From an uncultured delta proteobacterium (GTDB taxonomy: Bacteria > Myxococcota_A > Polyangia > Polyangiales > Polyangiaceae), in the NCBI GenBank assembly GCA_963782055.1, contig CAWAIF010000003.1, forward strand, positions 6,496,001-6,560,000: DNA of 64,000 nucleotides. The letters are read 5' to 3'. A model generated the notes under the pieces. It was not told the DNA's origin, searched no databases, and saw only the letters and a program-made list of their open reading frames with translations. Positions 29,147 through 39,255 of this stretch are shown piece by piece; position 1 is the first letter of the stretch; every line of letters starts with the position of its first letter. Made by a program: the position numbers and the translations under genes.

Positions 29147-29395
29147 GACCGCCCGTAGTCCTACCCGACACGCCACCCCCCCGCCATGCTCCCCGCCGCA
29201 TCACTGCCACCCTCCCTGCCATCTCACTGCCCCGCCAGCCGCCAGCCCCTCCCCTGTCCCCCCTGTCCCCTTCCCCTGTCCCCGGACACCAAACGTCCCA
29301 TTGCAAGCACGCTCGCACTCCGACGTTTCGCCGGGAAATCGTGGAGGAGGGGGGGGTGGGGGGCGGATGGCATGGAGGGTGCTCTTGGGGGTGGG

Positions 29396-29986
29396 ATGGA
29401 CCCCATCTTCTTCACCATAAAGCGGGCTTACTACGCGACGCTGCGGCTCACGCGGCGGGCGCTGGCAGCCATGGGACTCACGGCGGCGCGCTTCGACCTG
29501 CTCGACGCGCTCTATCGACTCGGGACGGGCGCGGTGAACCTCCAGAGCAACCTGCGGCGCGGGCTGGGCGTGGCACGCTCCACCATCAGCCGCATGCTCG
29601 GCTCGCTCGAGCAGCTCGGGCTCGTCACGCGGCGGCGCGACGGGCGCGAGTGCATCGTCGCGCTCACGCCGGAGGGTCGCCGCCTGATCCGGCGCGCGTT
29701 CTACGGCCTGGTGCTCGTCGGGCACGTGGGGCTCGTGCTGGACAGCGCTCTCACGCCGAGCAAGCGCGGCTGGCCCGTTCCCGAGGCGTGCGCGCGGGCG
29801 CGGGAGCACCTCAAGACGCTCTGCATGCGCATTCGCGTCGGGTTCGGCGACCAGGCCTCGCTCGATGTGCACGGTGAGTACGGCTTCTGGGTGCTGGCGG
29901 ACATCTACCGCAAGCAGCGCGCGCAGCGGCACCGGGAGCGCCGACGCGAGCTGGAGCGCGCATGCGATGGATGCGGCGAACGGTGA
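29396..29986 (+). CDS. MarR-family regulator
   Basis: GLTAARFDLL...LGVARSTISRMLGSLEQLGLVTR...VALTPEGR. Confidence 0.8.
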   Translation: MDPIFFTIKRAYYATLRLTRRALAAMGLTAARFDLLDALYRLGTGAVNLQSNLRRGLGVARSTISRMLGSLEQLGLVTRRRDGRECIVALTPEGRRLIRRAFYGLVLVGHVGLVLDSALTPSKRGWPVPEACARAREHLKTLCMRIRVGFGDQASLDVHGEYGFWVLADIYRKQRAQRHRERRRELERACDGCGER

Positions 29987-30054
29987 GGACGACCTCGCCG
30001 CGACGACCACGACGACGCCAGGACCGACTGCGGCGTCGCCCGCCGACTCCTGCG

Positions 30055-30720
30055 CTACGCGCCGAGCGAGGCGGCCAGCTCCTTGCCGCGCTCGTCGAGC
30101 GCCTCGGTGCGAAGAGCGACGTCGAAGCCCCCCTTGCCGACGGCCTTCTCCAGCGTGGCGAGCACGTGCTTCGCGTCGTCCTCCGGCTCGGCGACGTAGA
30201 CGGGGCGCGCCGGCTTCGCGAGCGGCGTGTCCTCCAAATCCGTGTCCGGACCGATGAGCGCCATCGGCAGGTCGCGATGCGGCGAGAACCCGAGCGAGCC
30301 GGCGAAGCCGATCGCGTGGTGCACGATGGATCGCGCCGTACGCGGGTCGACGCGCTCGACGCCCGCGGCGTGCCCGCGCTTGAGCTTGCTCACCAGGTAG
30401 TCGAGGTCCTTGTCCTTCATCGGGCCCTGCACGTGCGCCGACTTCACGCCCAGGCACGTGCGGTCGACGAGGGCGACGACCGCCACCGTCGAGGCATCGG
30501 GCAGCACGCGCGTCAGCACGACCGAGACGAGCGCGGGGCGCTCCGTGCTCGCGTCGTGCCACTCGGCGGAGACGTACGCCGGTCCGAACGGCGCCTTCGC
30601 GGCTCGCTCGATCAGCAGGCGCAGCTGCTCGTTTCTGCCCGGCGCGACGCCGCGGCTACGTGCGTCTTCCCGTTTCTTCTTCTGCTTGGCGAGTCGATTC
30701 TGGTGTCCGCGGTGGCTCAT
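30055..30720 (-). CDS. Hypothetical protein
   Basis: Basic N-terminus, LVDRTCLGVKSA, AGSLGFSPHRD; coding-like composition. Confidence 0.7.
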   Translation of the reverse strand: MSHRGHQNRLAKQKKKREDARSRGVAPGRNEQLRLLIERAAKAPFGPAYVSAEWHDASTERPALVSVVLTRVLPDASTVAVVALVDRTCLGVKSAHVQGPMKDKDLDYLVSKLKRGHAAGVERVDPRTARSIVHHAIGFAGSLGFSPHRDLPMALIGPDTDLEDTPLAKPARPVYVAEPEDDAKHVLATLEKAVGKGGFDVALRTEALDERGKELAASLGA

Positions 30721-30839
30721 GAGAGAAGACGCGTACCCGCGCGGGCGCCCAGCCGCAAGCGCGGCGAAGCGCGCGCGGGGCCGCTGGGCGAGCGGCACAC
30801 CCTCCGGTCCGCCGTGCCCGTGCTAGCATCCAGAGCGCA

Positions 30840-31169
30840 ATGCTTTGGTACCTGCTCGCCTCCGAACAGCGCTCGACCTGGGAGCACCGCATCGGCTCGT
30901 ACATGGGGCCGTGCAACGCGTGCCGCCAGCAGGCCTGGCAGCTCGCCTTTCGCATCTACCAGACCAAGGGAACGCCCGCCTCGCCGGGCACGCCCTACGG
31001 CTTCGCGATGAACGAGCGCTACCAGATCCGCTGCTCCGCCTGCGGCGCCGGGAGCCTCACACAGCACCCGTCCACGTGGACGCAGACCGTGCAGTTCGTC
31101 CAGGAGTACGGGCCCGTCGCGCCGGCCACACCCGCGTACGTGGCGATGGCGTATCCCGCCGGCCTCTGA
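30840..31169 (+). CDS. Zinc-ribbon-like small protein
   Basis: CNAC and CSAC pairs ~33 aa apart. Confidence 0.55.
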   Translation: MLWYLLASEQRSTWEHRIGSYMGPCNACRQQAWQLAFRIYQTKGTPASPGTPYGFAMNERYQIRCSACGAGSLTQHPSTWTQTVQFVQEYGPVAPATPAYVAMAYPAGL

Positions 31170-31253
31170 GGCGACCGCCGGGCCGGCCCATTGTAAGCGT
31201 GCTGACAGTCCGACGCGTGGCACGAACGCGCGGGGGAGGCCCGGGCGGCCGGG

Positions 31254-32120
31254 TCAGCCCGCCGCGGCGCACGTGACGAGCGCGCCGGCGACCCACGTCG
31301 GGCGCGGCGTCCGCAGCACGTCGGAGTAGTCGACGAGCACCAGCTCCCGCAGCGCCGGACGCCACCCGCCGGTCGCATGCAGAATACACGCAAGCGCGGG
31401 CCCCACGTCGCGAAAGTCCGACCGATGCTCGGCGCATGCCCGCGCGAAGCCGCCGTAGTCAGCCGACGCCAGCGCGGCGAGCTGCGCTTCGACCCAGCCG
31501 CGCGCCGCGTCGCGCGTGGCAGCCTCGCGCTCGTCCTTCGCCTCCCCCGCCGGCGTGCCGTACCCGACACCGTGGTGCACGGGGTCCGTCGTCGCGACGA
31601 GCGCGGCGCGCCCGGCCACCGCGTGGAGCTCGTCCATACCCGGGAGTGAGGCGGGATCCTGCCCGGAGAAGAAGGGGTAGCGCGCCACCACCCGCGGCGG
31701 CCGCGCACCCGCACGCCGCGCCGCGAGGTCGATCAGCGCGGTGAATCCGTCGAGGGAGAACTCCTCCGACCACCGCCCACCATCGCCCGACACCCCCGGT
31801 CCGTGCACCCTCCGCAGCGCGTCCAGCGCGTCGCGGTCCCCCGCGCGCGCACGCCCGACCACCGCGGCGTCGGCCTCGCGCGCCCCGTGCAGCACGCCGA
31901 GCGCGAGCACGGTGTCCGCGCCGCTCGCCACCACCGCGGCGGCGACCGCCGCCACCAGCTCCCCCGAGGAGGACAGCCGCGTGTGCGGGAACACGAGCGC
32001 GCCGCCCGCCGGGAGCGCCACCCGCGGCGCGCGCTCCAGCAGCGCGGCGAGCCCCGCCTCCCCGAGCGACGCCCGCTCGGCGGCGTAGAAGCGCCTCCAC
32101 TCGGCGGCGCTCATCGTCAT
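31254..32120 (-). CDS. Divergent MEMO1/AmmeMemoRadiSam-B-like protein
   Basis: FPH...SG, LGVLH, EEFSLD, TTDPVHHG in the order of MEMO PH/GPxH/EHSxE/SDxxH motifs. Confidence 0.5.
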   Translation of the reverse strand: MTMSAAEWRRFYAAERASLGEAGLAALLERAPRVALPAGGALVFPHTRLSSSGELVAAVAAAVVASGADTVLALGVLHGAREADAAVVGRARAGDRDALDALRRVHGPGVSGDGGRWSEEFSLDGFTALIDLAARRAGARPPRVVARYPFFSGQDPASLPGMDELHAVAGRAALVATTDPVHHGVGYGTPAGEAKDEREAATRDAARGWVEAQLAALASADYGGFARACAEHRSDFRDVGPALACILHATGGWRPALRELVLVDYSDVLRTPRPTWVAGALVTCAAAG

Positions 32121-32123
32121 CGG

Positions 32124-32375
32124 TCAGGACGTCGCCTTCTGGACCGCCTTCACCAGGTCGTCGCAGCACGAGTCGTAGCGAAGGTCCGCGTCGCCCGAGG
32201 CGCCGACAGCCACACGCACCTCCGTAGGGCCCTTCCCGTGCTTCGGACACTTCACACCCTCGAGCTTCTGCCCGAGGTCGCGCCCCAGCTTCTGCAGCGC
32301 GGCGGCCACGCCCTTGTCGGGCACCTCAGCCGCGGGGACGTCACCGCGACCGCGAATCCACATCGTGACCTTCAC
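32124..32375 (-). CDS. Small protein with CPKH...CC motif
   Basis: 83-aa ORF with typical codon use, ends 3 bp before the MEMO-like gene; alternative ATG at 32363. Confidence 0.6.
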   Translation of the reverse strand: MKVTMWIRGRGDVPAAEVPDKGVAAALQKLGRDLGQKLEGVKCPKHGKGPTEVRVAVGASGDADLRYDSCCDDLVKAVQKATS

Positions 32376-32474
32376 CGGCAGCACCCCGCGAGGATACCCG
32401 AGGTCGACGCCGCCGGGCGAGCCTCCTTCCGGAATCGCGGGCGCGCGGCGTGTGCCGTTATACACTGCTCCCCG

Positions 32475-35400
32475 ATGCACGCGGGCCAGCTCGTCGCCGA
32501 ACGCTTCGAGGTCGTCGAGCTCGCGGGGTCCGGTGGCATGGGGAGCGTGTACCGCGCCCGCGATCGCCTCACCGGCGCGCCCGTCGCGCTGAAGGTGCTC
32601 CACACCCCCGACCCCGCCGAGGCCGCGCGGCTCATGCGGGAGGCCAAGGTCCTCGCGTCCTCGCAGCACCCGCGCATCGTCCGCTACGTGGCGCACGGCA
32701 CGTCGGACGGGCAGCCGTACCTCGCCATGGAGTGGCTGGAGGGCGAGACGCTGGAGAGCCGCCTCGTGCACGGTCGCTCTCTCACCGTCGCCCAGACCCT
32801 GACCCTCGGCCGCCGCCTGGCCGACGCGCTCGCCTTCCTGCACGAACGCCGCATCGTCCACCGCGACATCAAGCCGTCCAACATCATCCTGACCCGCGGC
32901 GACATCGGCTCCGCCAAGCTCCTCGATCTCGGCATCGCGCGCGTCCCCACCAGCACGCGCCCCACCACCCGCACCGGCACCACCGTCGGCACCCCGGGGT
33001 ACATGCCTCCGGAGCAGGCGCGCGGCCTGTCCACCCTCGACGCCCGCGCCGACGTCTTCTCCCTCGGCTGCGTGCTGTACGAGTGCGTCACCGGCCGCGT
33101 CGCTTTCTTCGGCGACAACATCATGGCGGTGCTGGCGAAGATCCTCATGGGCGACTCACCCCGCGCGAGCGAGGCCCTCGCCGACATCCCGCCGGAGCTC
33201 GACGACCTGCTCTTTTGCATGATGACCAAGTCGCCCGACGCCCGGCCGAAGGACGGCGCGGAGGTGCTCGCCGCGCTGTCCTCCATCGCCGTCGAGCACG
33301 CGCCCCCCAGCCGCGCCGTCCCGGGCCCGCGCTCCCTCACCACGGGCGAGCGCCGCCTGGTGTGCGTCATCATGGCGCGACCCACCGGCGACACCATCGA
33401 CGTGTCGAGCGCACCCACCGTCGCGGCCGCCGCCTCCGGCGCCGGCGTGGGCGATCGCCTCCTCGCCGCCGTCGCCCCCTTCGGCGCGAAGCTGGAGTAC
33501 CTCGCCACCGGCCTGCTCGTCGTCACCCTGGCCGACCGCGTCGGCGCGTCCGTCCTCGTCTCGCGGGCCGCGCACTGCGCCCTCGCGCTCGCCCGCGAGC
33601 TGCCCGAGCACCGCGTCGCGCTCACCACCGGCTTCGGCGAGCTCTCCGGGCGCATGGCGATGGGCGACGCCATCGACCGCGCCGCGCGCCTCGTCTCCGG
33701 CAAGGACGCCGACACCGACGTCGTCTCCTGGCACTCCCGCGCGAGCGAGCGCGTCCTGCCGGAGATCGATCTCTCCAGGAGCGCCTCCCTCCCCATCGCG
33801 CCGAGCGCCGACATCCGCCTGGACGACACGACGGCCGGCTTGCTCGGCGCCACCTTCGACATCGGCGGCGACGACGCCGGCCTCTTCCTGCGCGGCACCC
33901 TCTCGCGCGAGGCCCGGCGCACCCTGCTCGGCAAGCCGTCCCCCTTCGTCGGGCGCGAGCGCGAGCTCGCCACGCTCACCGGCCTCTTCGCCGATAGCCG
34001 CGAGGAGCGCGTCGCCCGCACCGCCCTCGTCACCGCGCCGCCCGGCGTCGGAAAGTCGCGCCTTCGCCGCGAGACGCTCCAGGCCATCGCGGCGGCGGAC
34101 GAGACGGCGGAGGTCTGGCTCGCGCGCGGCGACCCCCTCAGCCAGGGCGCGCCCTTCCAGCTCCTCGGGCAGGCCGTGCGGGCGGCGGCGGGCATCCGCG
34201 ACGCCGAGCCGCTCGTCGTTCGTCGCAAGAAGCTCGCCGCGCGCGTGGCGCGTCACCTCCCCCGCGAGGCGGCCGCCCGGCTCACGCGCTTCCTCGGTGA
34301 GCTCGCCGGCGTCCCCTTCGAAGCGCAGGGCGACGCCGGTGCGCGCGCCGCGCAGAGCGACCTGCTCCTCATGGGCGACCGCATGCGCTCCGCGTTCGTG
34401 GAGTGGATGGAGGCGGAGTGCCGGGCGCACCCGGTCGTCCTCGTTTTGGAGGACCTGCAGTGGGGTGATCTCCCCTCCGTCCACTTCGTCGATCTCGCGC
34501 TCCGCACGCTCGACGCGGCGCCGCTGCTCGTGCTCGCCTTCGCGCGGCCCGAGGTGCGCGAGAGCTTCCCCGACCTCTGGTCGGAGCGCGGCCTGCTGGA
34601 GCTGCGGCTGGCCGCGCTCGGCAAGCGCGCCAGCGAGAAGCTCGTCCGCGCGATGCTCGGCGACGGCGTGGAGGACGCCCGAGTGGGGCGCCTGGTGGAG
34701 CACGCCTCCGGCAACGCCTTCTACCTCGAGGAGCTGGTGCGCGCGGAGGCGGAGGGCCGCGACGACCTACCGGAGACGGTGCTCGCCATGATCCACGCCC
34801 GGCTCGAGCGCCTCGACCCGGAGACCCGCCGCGTGCTCCGCGCGGGCTCCGTCTTCGGGGCCGCGTTCACCGAGGAGGGCGCGGCCGCCCTGCTCGGCGA
34901 GGAGGCCGACACCGCCGAGGCCATCGACGAGCTCGCCCGCGCGGAGCTGGTCGGCCGCCGCGGCGTTGACGTCGTCTTCCGCCACGCGTCGGTGCACGAC
35001 GCGGCGTACGCGACCCTCACCACCGAGGATCGCGTGACCGGGCATCGCCTGGCGGCCGCGTGGCTGGAGCGGCGAGGCGACGCGGACGCGGCGCTGCTCG
35101 CCGAGCACTTCGAGCGCGGTGAGGAGCCGGCGCGCGCGGCGTCGGGCTACCTGCAGGCGGCGGCGCAGGCTCTCGAGGGCAACGACTGGGCGGCGACCGT
35201 CGCGCGGGCCGACCGCGCGATCGCGTGTGGCACCTCCGGCGACGCCCTCTCCCGCGCGCACGCCCTCGCGTGCGAGGCCCTGCTCTGGCGCGGCGAGCCC
35301 ACCGCGGCTGGGGCCCGCGGCCGCGCCGCCCTCGAGGCCGCGGGCCCCGGCGGTGACGCCTGGTTCACCGCCGCCGGCCTGCTCGCGCTCGCCAGCTACC

Positions 35401-36392
35401 GCGAGAGTGACGTCGCCGCCGTACGCCGCGTGGCCGAGGCGGTGCGCGACGCGCCCGCGGGCGACGTCACCCTGTTCCGCATGGTCGGCACGGCGCGCGT
35501 CGCCTCGCGCGCCCTCGGCACGGGCGCCGTCGAGCTGGGCGACGCGCTGCTGGCGAGCATCGAGCCCCACGCCGCGAGCGAGCCCGTGGTCGCCGCGTGG
35601 GTACACAGCGCGCGCGCAATGCGCGGCGCCTGGCTCGCCGACGTCGAGGCGGAGGTCGACGAGCTCGTGCGCGCCATCGCCCGGTTCGAGGAGGTCGGCG
35701 ACCTTCGCAACGCCTGCATCTGCCGCATCAACGCGAGCGTGCCCCTGTCCCTCGTCGACTTCGCCGAGTCGGAGCGCATGCTGCGGGGCGCCCTGCAGAT
35801 CGCCGAGCACCTCGGCCTGCAAGGGGCCGCGCTCTCCGCGCGGCAGAACCTCGGCGTCGCCGTCGCGCGGCAGTTCCGCGTCGAGGAGGCGCTCGAGCAC
35901 CTGCGGGCGGCGGCGACGGGCTTCCGCGCGCGCGGCGACACGGCGAACGAGGGCGCCTCCCTCGTCTACCTCGGCGTCATCGGGCGCCGCGCGGACCTGC
36001 AGGAGGCAGAGCGTGCCGTCCGCGCCGGCGTCGAAGCGCTCGGCGATCGCGACAGCCTGCTCGCGGCGGGCCTCGGAGGCCTCGCGCGCGTCCTGCTCGA
36101 TCGGGGGGACGTCGCCGGCGCCCTGCAAGCCGCCCGGCGCGCCGCCGACCTCGCCGCCCGCGCGGGCGGGATCCCCGAAGGCGACAACATCGTGCGGGTC
36201 GCCCTCGCCGAGGCGCTGTGGGCGGCGGGCGAGCGCGAGGAGGCGCGCCGGGTCGTCGAGGAAGCGCGCGACTGCATCCTCTCGCGCGCGGCCACCCTCC
36301 GGCGCGAAGCGTGGAAGCGCACCTTCCTGGAGGGCGTCCGTGAACACGCGGACGTCCTCGCCGACGCGCGCGCGTGGCTGGAAGAGGAGTAG
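32475..36392 (+). CDS. Ser/Thr kinase fused to degenerate cyclase-like, P-loop ATPase and TPR-like regions
   Basis: GSGGMGSVY, VALK, HRDIKPSN, DLG, GTPGYMPPE; FVGREREL, PGVGKS, LEDLQW, GNAFYLEE. Confidence 0.9.
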   Translation: MHAGQLVAERFEVVELAGSGGMGSVYRARDRLTGAPVALKVLHTPDPAEAARLMREAKVLASSQHPRIVRYVAHGTSDGQPYLAMEWLEGETLESRLVHGRSLTVAQTLTLGRRLADALAFLHERRIVHRDIKPSNIILTRGDIGSAKLLDLGIARVPTSTRPTTRTGTTVGTPGYMPPEQARGLSTLDARADVFSLGCVLYECVTGRVAFFGDNIMAVLAKILMGDSPRASEALADIPPELDDLLFCMMTKSPDARPKDGAEVLAALSSIAVEHAPPSRAVPGPRSLTTGERRLVCVIMARPTGDTIDVSSAPTVAAAASGAGVGDRLLAAVAPFGAKLEYLATGLLVVTLADRVGASVLVSRAAHCALALARELPEHRVALTTGFGELSGRMAMGDAIDRAARLVSGKDADTDVVSWHSRASERVLPEIDLSRSASLPIAPSADIRLDDTTAGLLGATFDIGGDDAGLFLRGTLSREARRTLLGKPSPFVGRERELATLTGLFADSREERVARTALVTAPPGVGKSRLRRETLQAIAAADETAEVWLARGDPLSQGAPFQLLGQAVRAAAGIRDAEPLVVRRKKLAARVARHLPREAAARLTRFLGELAGVPFEAQGDAGARAAQSDLLLMGDRMRSAFVEWMEAECRAHPVVLVLEDLQWGDLPSVHFVDLALRTLDAAPLLVLAFARPEVRESFPDLWSERGLLELRLAALGKRASEKLVRAMLGDGVEDARVGRLVEHASGNAFYLEELVRAEAEGRDDLPETVLAMIHARLERLDPETRRVLRAGSVFGAAFTEEGAAALLGEEADTAEAIDELARAELVGRRGVDVVFRHASVHDAAYATLTTEDRVTGHRLAAAWLERRGDADAALLAEHFERGEEPARAASGYLQAAAQALEGNDWAATVARADRAIACGTSGDALSRAHALACEALLWRGEPTAAGARGRAALEAAGPGGDAWFTAAGLLALASYRESDVAAVRRVAEAVRDAPAGDVTLFRMVGTARVASRALGTGAVELGDALLASIEPHAASEPVVAAWVHSARAMRGAWLADVEAEVDELVRAIARFEEVGDLRNACICRINASVPLSLVDFAESERMLRGALQIAEHLGLQGAALSARQNLGVAVARQFRVEEALEHLRAAATGFRARGDTANEGASLVYLGVIGRRADLQEAERAVRAGVEALGDRDSLLAAGLGGLARVLLDRGDVAGALQAARRAADLAARAGGIPEGDNIVRVALAEALWAAGEREEARRVVEEARDCILSRAATLRREAWKRTFLEGVREHADVLADARAWLEEE

Positions 36393-36407
36393 CCGGGTCG
36401 GGGCGCG

Positions 36408-36836
36408 CTACACCGGGACGGGGCCTCCGAAGAGGCCGCCCATCCGCAGGAGCCACAGGACCACCATCGCCGCGAAGAGGCTCAGCGCGCCGATCGCCGC
36501 CGCCCGCCCGAAGCGCGTGCGCCAGAGCTCCCACGGGACGCCCGTGAGAAGTGTCGTGCGCGTGGCGGCGAGCGCGACCAGCGCGTACGCGAGGATCGCC
36601 GGCACCGCGAGCGGGTGCATGTGGAGTGATCCGGAGACGTCCCCGTGGAGCAGCATCCACGTGGCCCGCGTCATTCCGCACCCGGGGCAGGGGCGGTGCA
36701 GCACCCGCGCGAAGGAGCACGTCTGCTCACCCGTGAGCGTGGCGATCGGCGAGAGCCCGAACACTCCCAGCACCGCGAGGGCGCGTAGCCACCGCGGGAA
36801 GCTTCGTGATGACGGCGACGTAGCTCTGATTTCCAC
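36408..36836 (-). CDS. DUF2752 family membrane protein; start uncertain
   Basis: C...PCPGCGMTRA...HPL motif. Confidence 0.8.
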   Translation of the reverse strand: MEIRATSPSSRSFPRWLRALAVLGVFGLSPIATLTGEQTCSFARVLHRPCPGCGMTRATWMLLHGDVSGSLHMHPLAVPAILAYALVALAATRTTLLTGVPWELWRTRFGRAAAIGALSLFAAMVVLWLLRMGGLFGGPVPV

Positions 36837-36858
36837 TTGACCGTGACAATCTGCAAGG

Positions 36859-37422
36859 ATGGATGACACGATGCAACCCATGCTCCAGACGCAGACCGAA
36901 GCGCGCCCCGAAGCCTGGGCTCCGTCGACGTGCCCTTCGGCCGGTCGGCCCACGCGAAACGCGGGACCTCAGGGGTACGGGCCGCCCGGCGGCTACGGCC
37001 CCCCTCCCGGCGGCGGCGGCTACGGCCCCCCTCCGGGCGGCGGCTTCGGTGCGCCCCCGCCAGGCTACGGCGCCCCGCCCGGCGGCCCCCCTCCCGGCGG
37101 CTTCGGCGGCCCGCCGATGGGCCCGCCCGGCATGCCCGGCATGTTCCCCGGCCAGCGCAACAGCGGCCTCGCCATCGCCTCGATGGTGTGCGGCATCCTG
37201 GCCATCGTGCCGGGCTGCTGCTGCGGCCTGTTCGGCCTGCCGCTGTCGATCGCCGCGCTCGTGATGGGCGGCATCGCCATGTCGCAGATCAAGAACTCTG
37301 CCGGCCAGCTCAAGGGCGGCGGCTTCGCCATCGCCGGCCTCTCGTGCGGCGGCGTCGCCATCGCGCTGGACATCGCCGCGGTCTTCTTGAACGTGGCCCA
37401 GCAGGTCTCCAACAGCGTCTGA
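36859..37422 (+). CDS. Pro/Gly-rich DUF4190 family membrane protein; start uncertain
   Basis: GYGPPPGG repeats; NSGLAIASMVCGI...GGGFAIAG. Confidence 0.75.
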   Translation: MDDTMQPMLQTQTEARPEAWAPSTCPSAGRPTRNAGPQGYGPPGGYGPPPGGGGYGPPPGGGFGAPPPGYGAPPGGPPPGGFGGPPMGPPGMPGMFPGQRNSGLAIASMVCGILAIVPGCCCGLFGLPLSIAALVMGGIAMSQIKNSAGQLKGGGFAIAGLSCGGVAIALDIAAVFLNVAQQVSNSV

Positions 37423-37451
37423 CTCGTGTCTTCGCCCTTCGGGCGAGACGA

Positions 37452-39125
37452 TCACTCGGCCATCAGAGCGCGTGCGTCGTCCGGGCCGAGATCGTCCTCG
37501 ATGAGATCCACCCCGGCGCGCGCGAAGATGCGCGCGGCGGCGGCGAAGCGCGCGTCCTTCTGCGTCTGTAGCGCCCACTGCGCGTGGTCGACCATGAGCG
37601 CGAGCTGCAGCGCGCGCCCCAGCGTCATCGCGAAGCGGCGCGCCCCCTGCTCCACCGCCGCGGGGCTCTCCGCCATCGCCTTGCCGAGCCACGCCTTGGC
37701 GTGTCGCAGCGCCGCGCGCGCGGCCTCGCCCGCCTCCCGGAGCGAGGCGTCGCGTGCATTCTGCACGCATTGCTCCACCTCCGCCTCCAGCGGCGCGAGC
37801 GAGCCCCCGCGCGAGAGCGCGCGCAGCACGTCGAGCGACAGCACGTTGGTCGTCCCTTCCCAGATGGGGAGCACCTGCGCCTCGCGCAACAGGCGCGGCA
37901 GCCCGGTGTCCTCCACGTAACCCGCCCCCCCGAAGGACTCGAGCACCTCGCTCGCCACCGCCACGCCCTGCTTGCCGGTCACCAGCTTCGCCAGCGGCAC
38001 GACCAGCCGCAGCAGCGCCATGTCCTCGTCCGTCGCCGCCTTCGCCTCCTCGCGGCCGATGAGCTCCACCGCGCGGAACGCCAGGAAGAAGGCAGCCTCG
38101 TACTCCGCTTCCGACCACGCCAGGGTGTCGAAGTGCAGCGGCTTGTCGGCGAGCGGCGCGCCGAAGGCCACGCGCTTCTGCGCGTAGTCGCGCGCCAGTG
38201 TCAGGCCGCGCCGCATCCCGGCGGCGGCGCACACCGCGTTCCACGTCCGCGTCGTCGCCAGCATGGGCGTGATGTTCTTGATGCCGTCTGTCGTGCCGGC
38301 GACGGCGGTGGCGAGCGCGCCGTCCATCGTGAGCTCCGCCGTCGGCACCATCCGCGTGCCCAGCTTGTCCTTGAGGCGATTGACCTGCAGGCCGTTCATC
38401 ATGCCGTCCGCCTGCCTCGTCTCCAGGTAAAAGAGCGCCAGACCCTTGCCGCCCGGCGGGTTGCCCTCCGGCCGCGCCAGCGTGAGCGCCATCTGCGAGG
38501 TCGTGGCCGAGGTGAACCACTTGGTGCCGTACAGCTTGTAGCGGTCGCCGCCCTCCGCCTTCGCGACCGTCTCCGAGATGGCCACGTCGGAGCCGCCGGT
38601 GCGCTCGGTCATCCACTGCCCGCTCGTCCACGCCTGCTCCGGGTCGCGCGACGTCAGCCGCGGGACGGCGTGGTCGATGAGCGCCTTGTTGCCCATGGCG
38701 CGCAGCGTGCGCGCCGCGCCGTCGGTCATCGCCAGCGGGCACGAGTAGACGTGCCACGACGGGTCGATCACGTACACCAGCGCGAACTGGTGCACGCGCG
38801 AGTGCTCGCCGTGCTTGCGCTCGTACGCCGCGGCGACCACGCCCTTCTCGGCGGCGATGCGCGCCGCCTCTTCCCAGAGCGGCGAGACCTCGATGCGGTC
38901 CACCCGCCGCCCCCAGGGGTCCCACTGCACCAGCTTGGGTTCGTCGCGCACCTCTTCCACCGAGCGACGGTAGAGCCGCCCCCCGGCGAGCTCCCCCAGC
39001 TCGCGCAGCTCGCCCTCGATGTCGGAGAGCACCTCCGGCGGTAGCCGGCGCTTCAGGTAGCTCTTGAGGACACGGTCGGAGTCGTACTGGTTACCGAGCT
39101 CGGGCGGGGTCTGGTAGAAGGCCAT
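37452..39125 (-). CDS. Acyl-CoA dehydrogenase (AidB-like)
   Basis: CPLAMTDGA, GQWMTERTGGSDV, KWFTS, LKDKLGT, IWEGTTN. Confidence 0.92.
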   Translation of the reverse strand: MAFYQTPPELGNQYDSDRVLKSYLKRRLPPEVLSDIEGELRELGELAGGRLYRRSVEEVRDEPKLVQWDPWGRRVDRIEVSPLWEEAARIAAEKGVVAAAYERKHGEHSRVHQFALVYVIDPSWHVYSCPLAMTDGAARTLRAMGNKALIDHAVPRLTSRDPEQAWTSGQWMTERTGGSDVAISETVAKAEGGDRYKLYGTKWFTSATTSQMALTLARPEGNPPGGKGLALFYLETRQADGMMNGLQVNRLKDKLGTRMVPTAELTMDGALATAVAGTTDGIKNITPMLATTRTWNAVCAAAGMRRGLTLARDYAQKRVAFGAPLADKPLHFDTLAWSEAEYEAAFFLAFRAVELIGREEAKAATDEDMALLRLVVPLAKLVTGKQGVAVASEVLESFGGAGYVEDTGLPRLLREAQVLPIWEGTTNVLSLDVLRALSRGGSLAPLEAEVEQCVQNARDASLREAGEAARAALRHAKAWLGKAMAESPAAVEQGARRFAMTLGRALQLALMVDHAQWALQTQKDARFAAAARIFARAGVDLIEDDLGPDDARALMAE

Positions 39126-39255
39126 GCCCGGGAGCCTAGCGCATCGAGCCCGCAGATCGATTGCCCTCCGTCAACGGCGGCCCCGGCGTCGGACTGTTGG
39201 CACGCGCACCCTAAGGCGCCGGCCCAGCGAGCCGCGGGGGAGCATCCGCCCCGGC

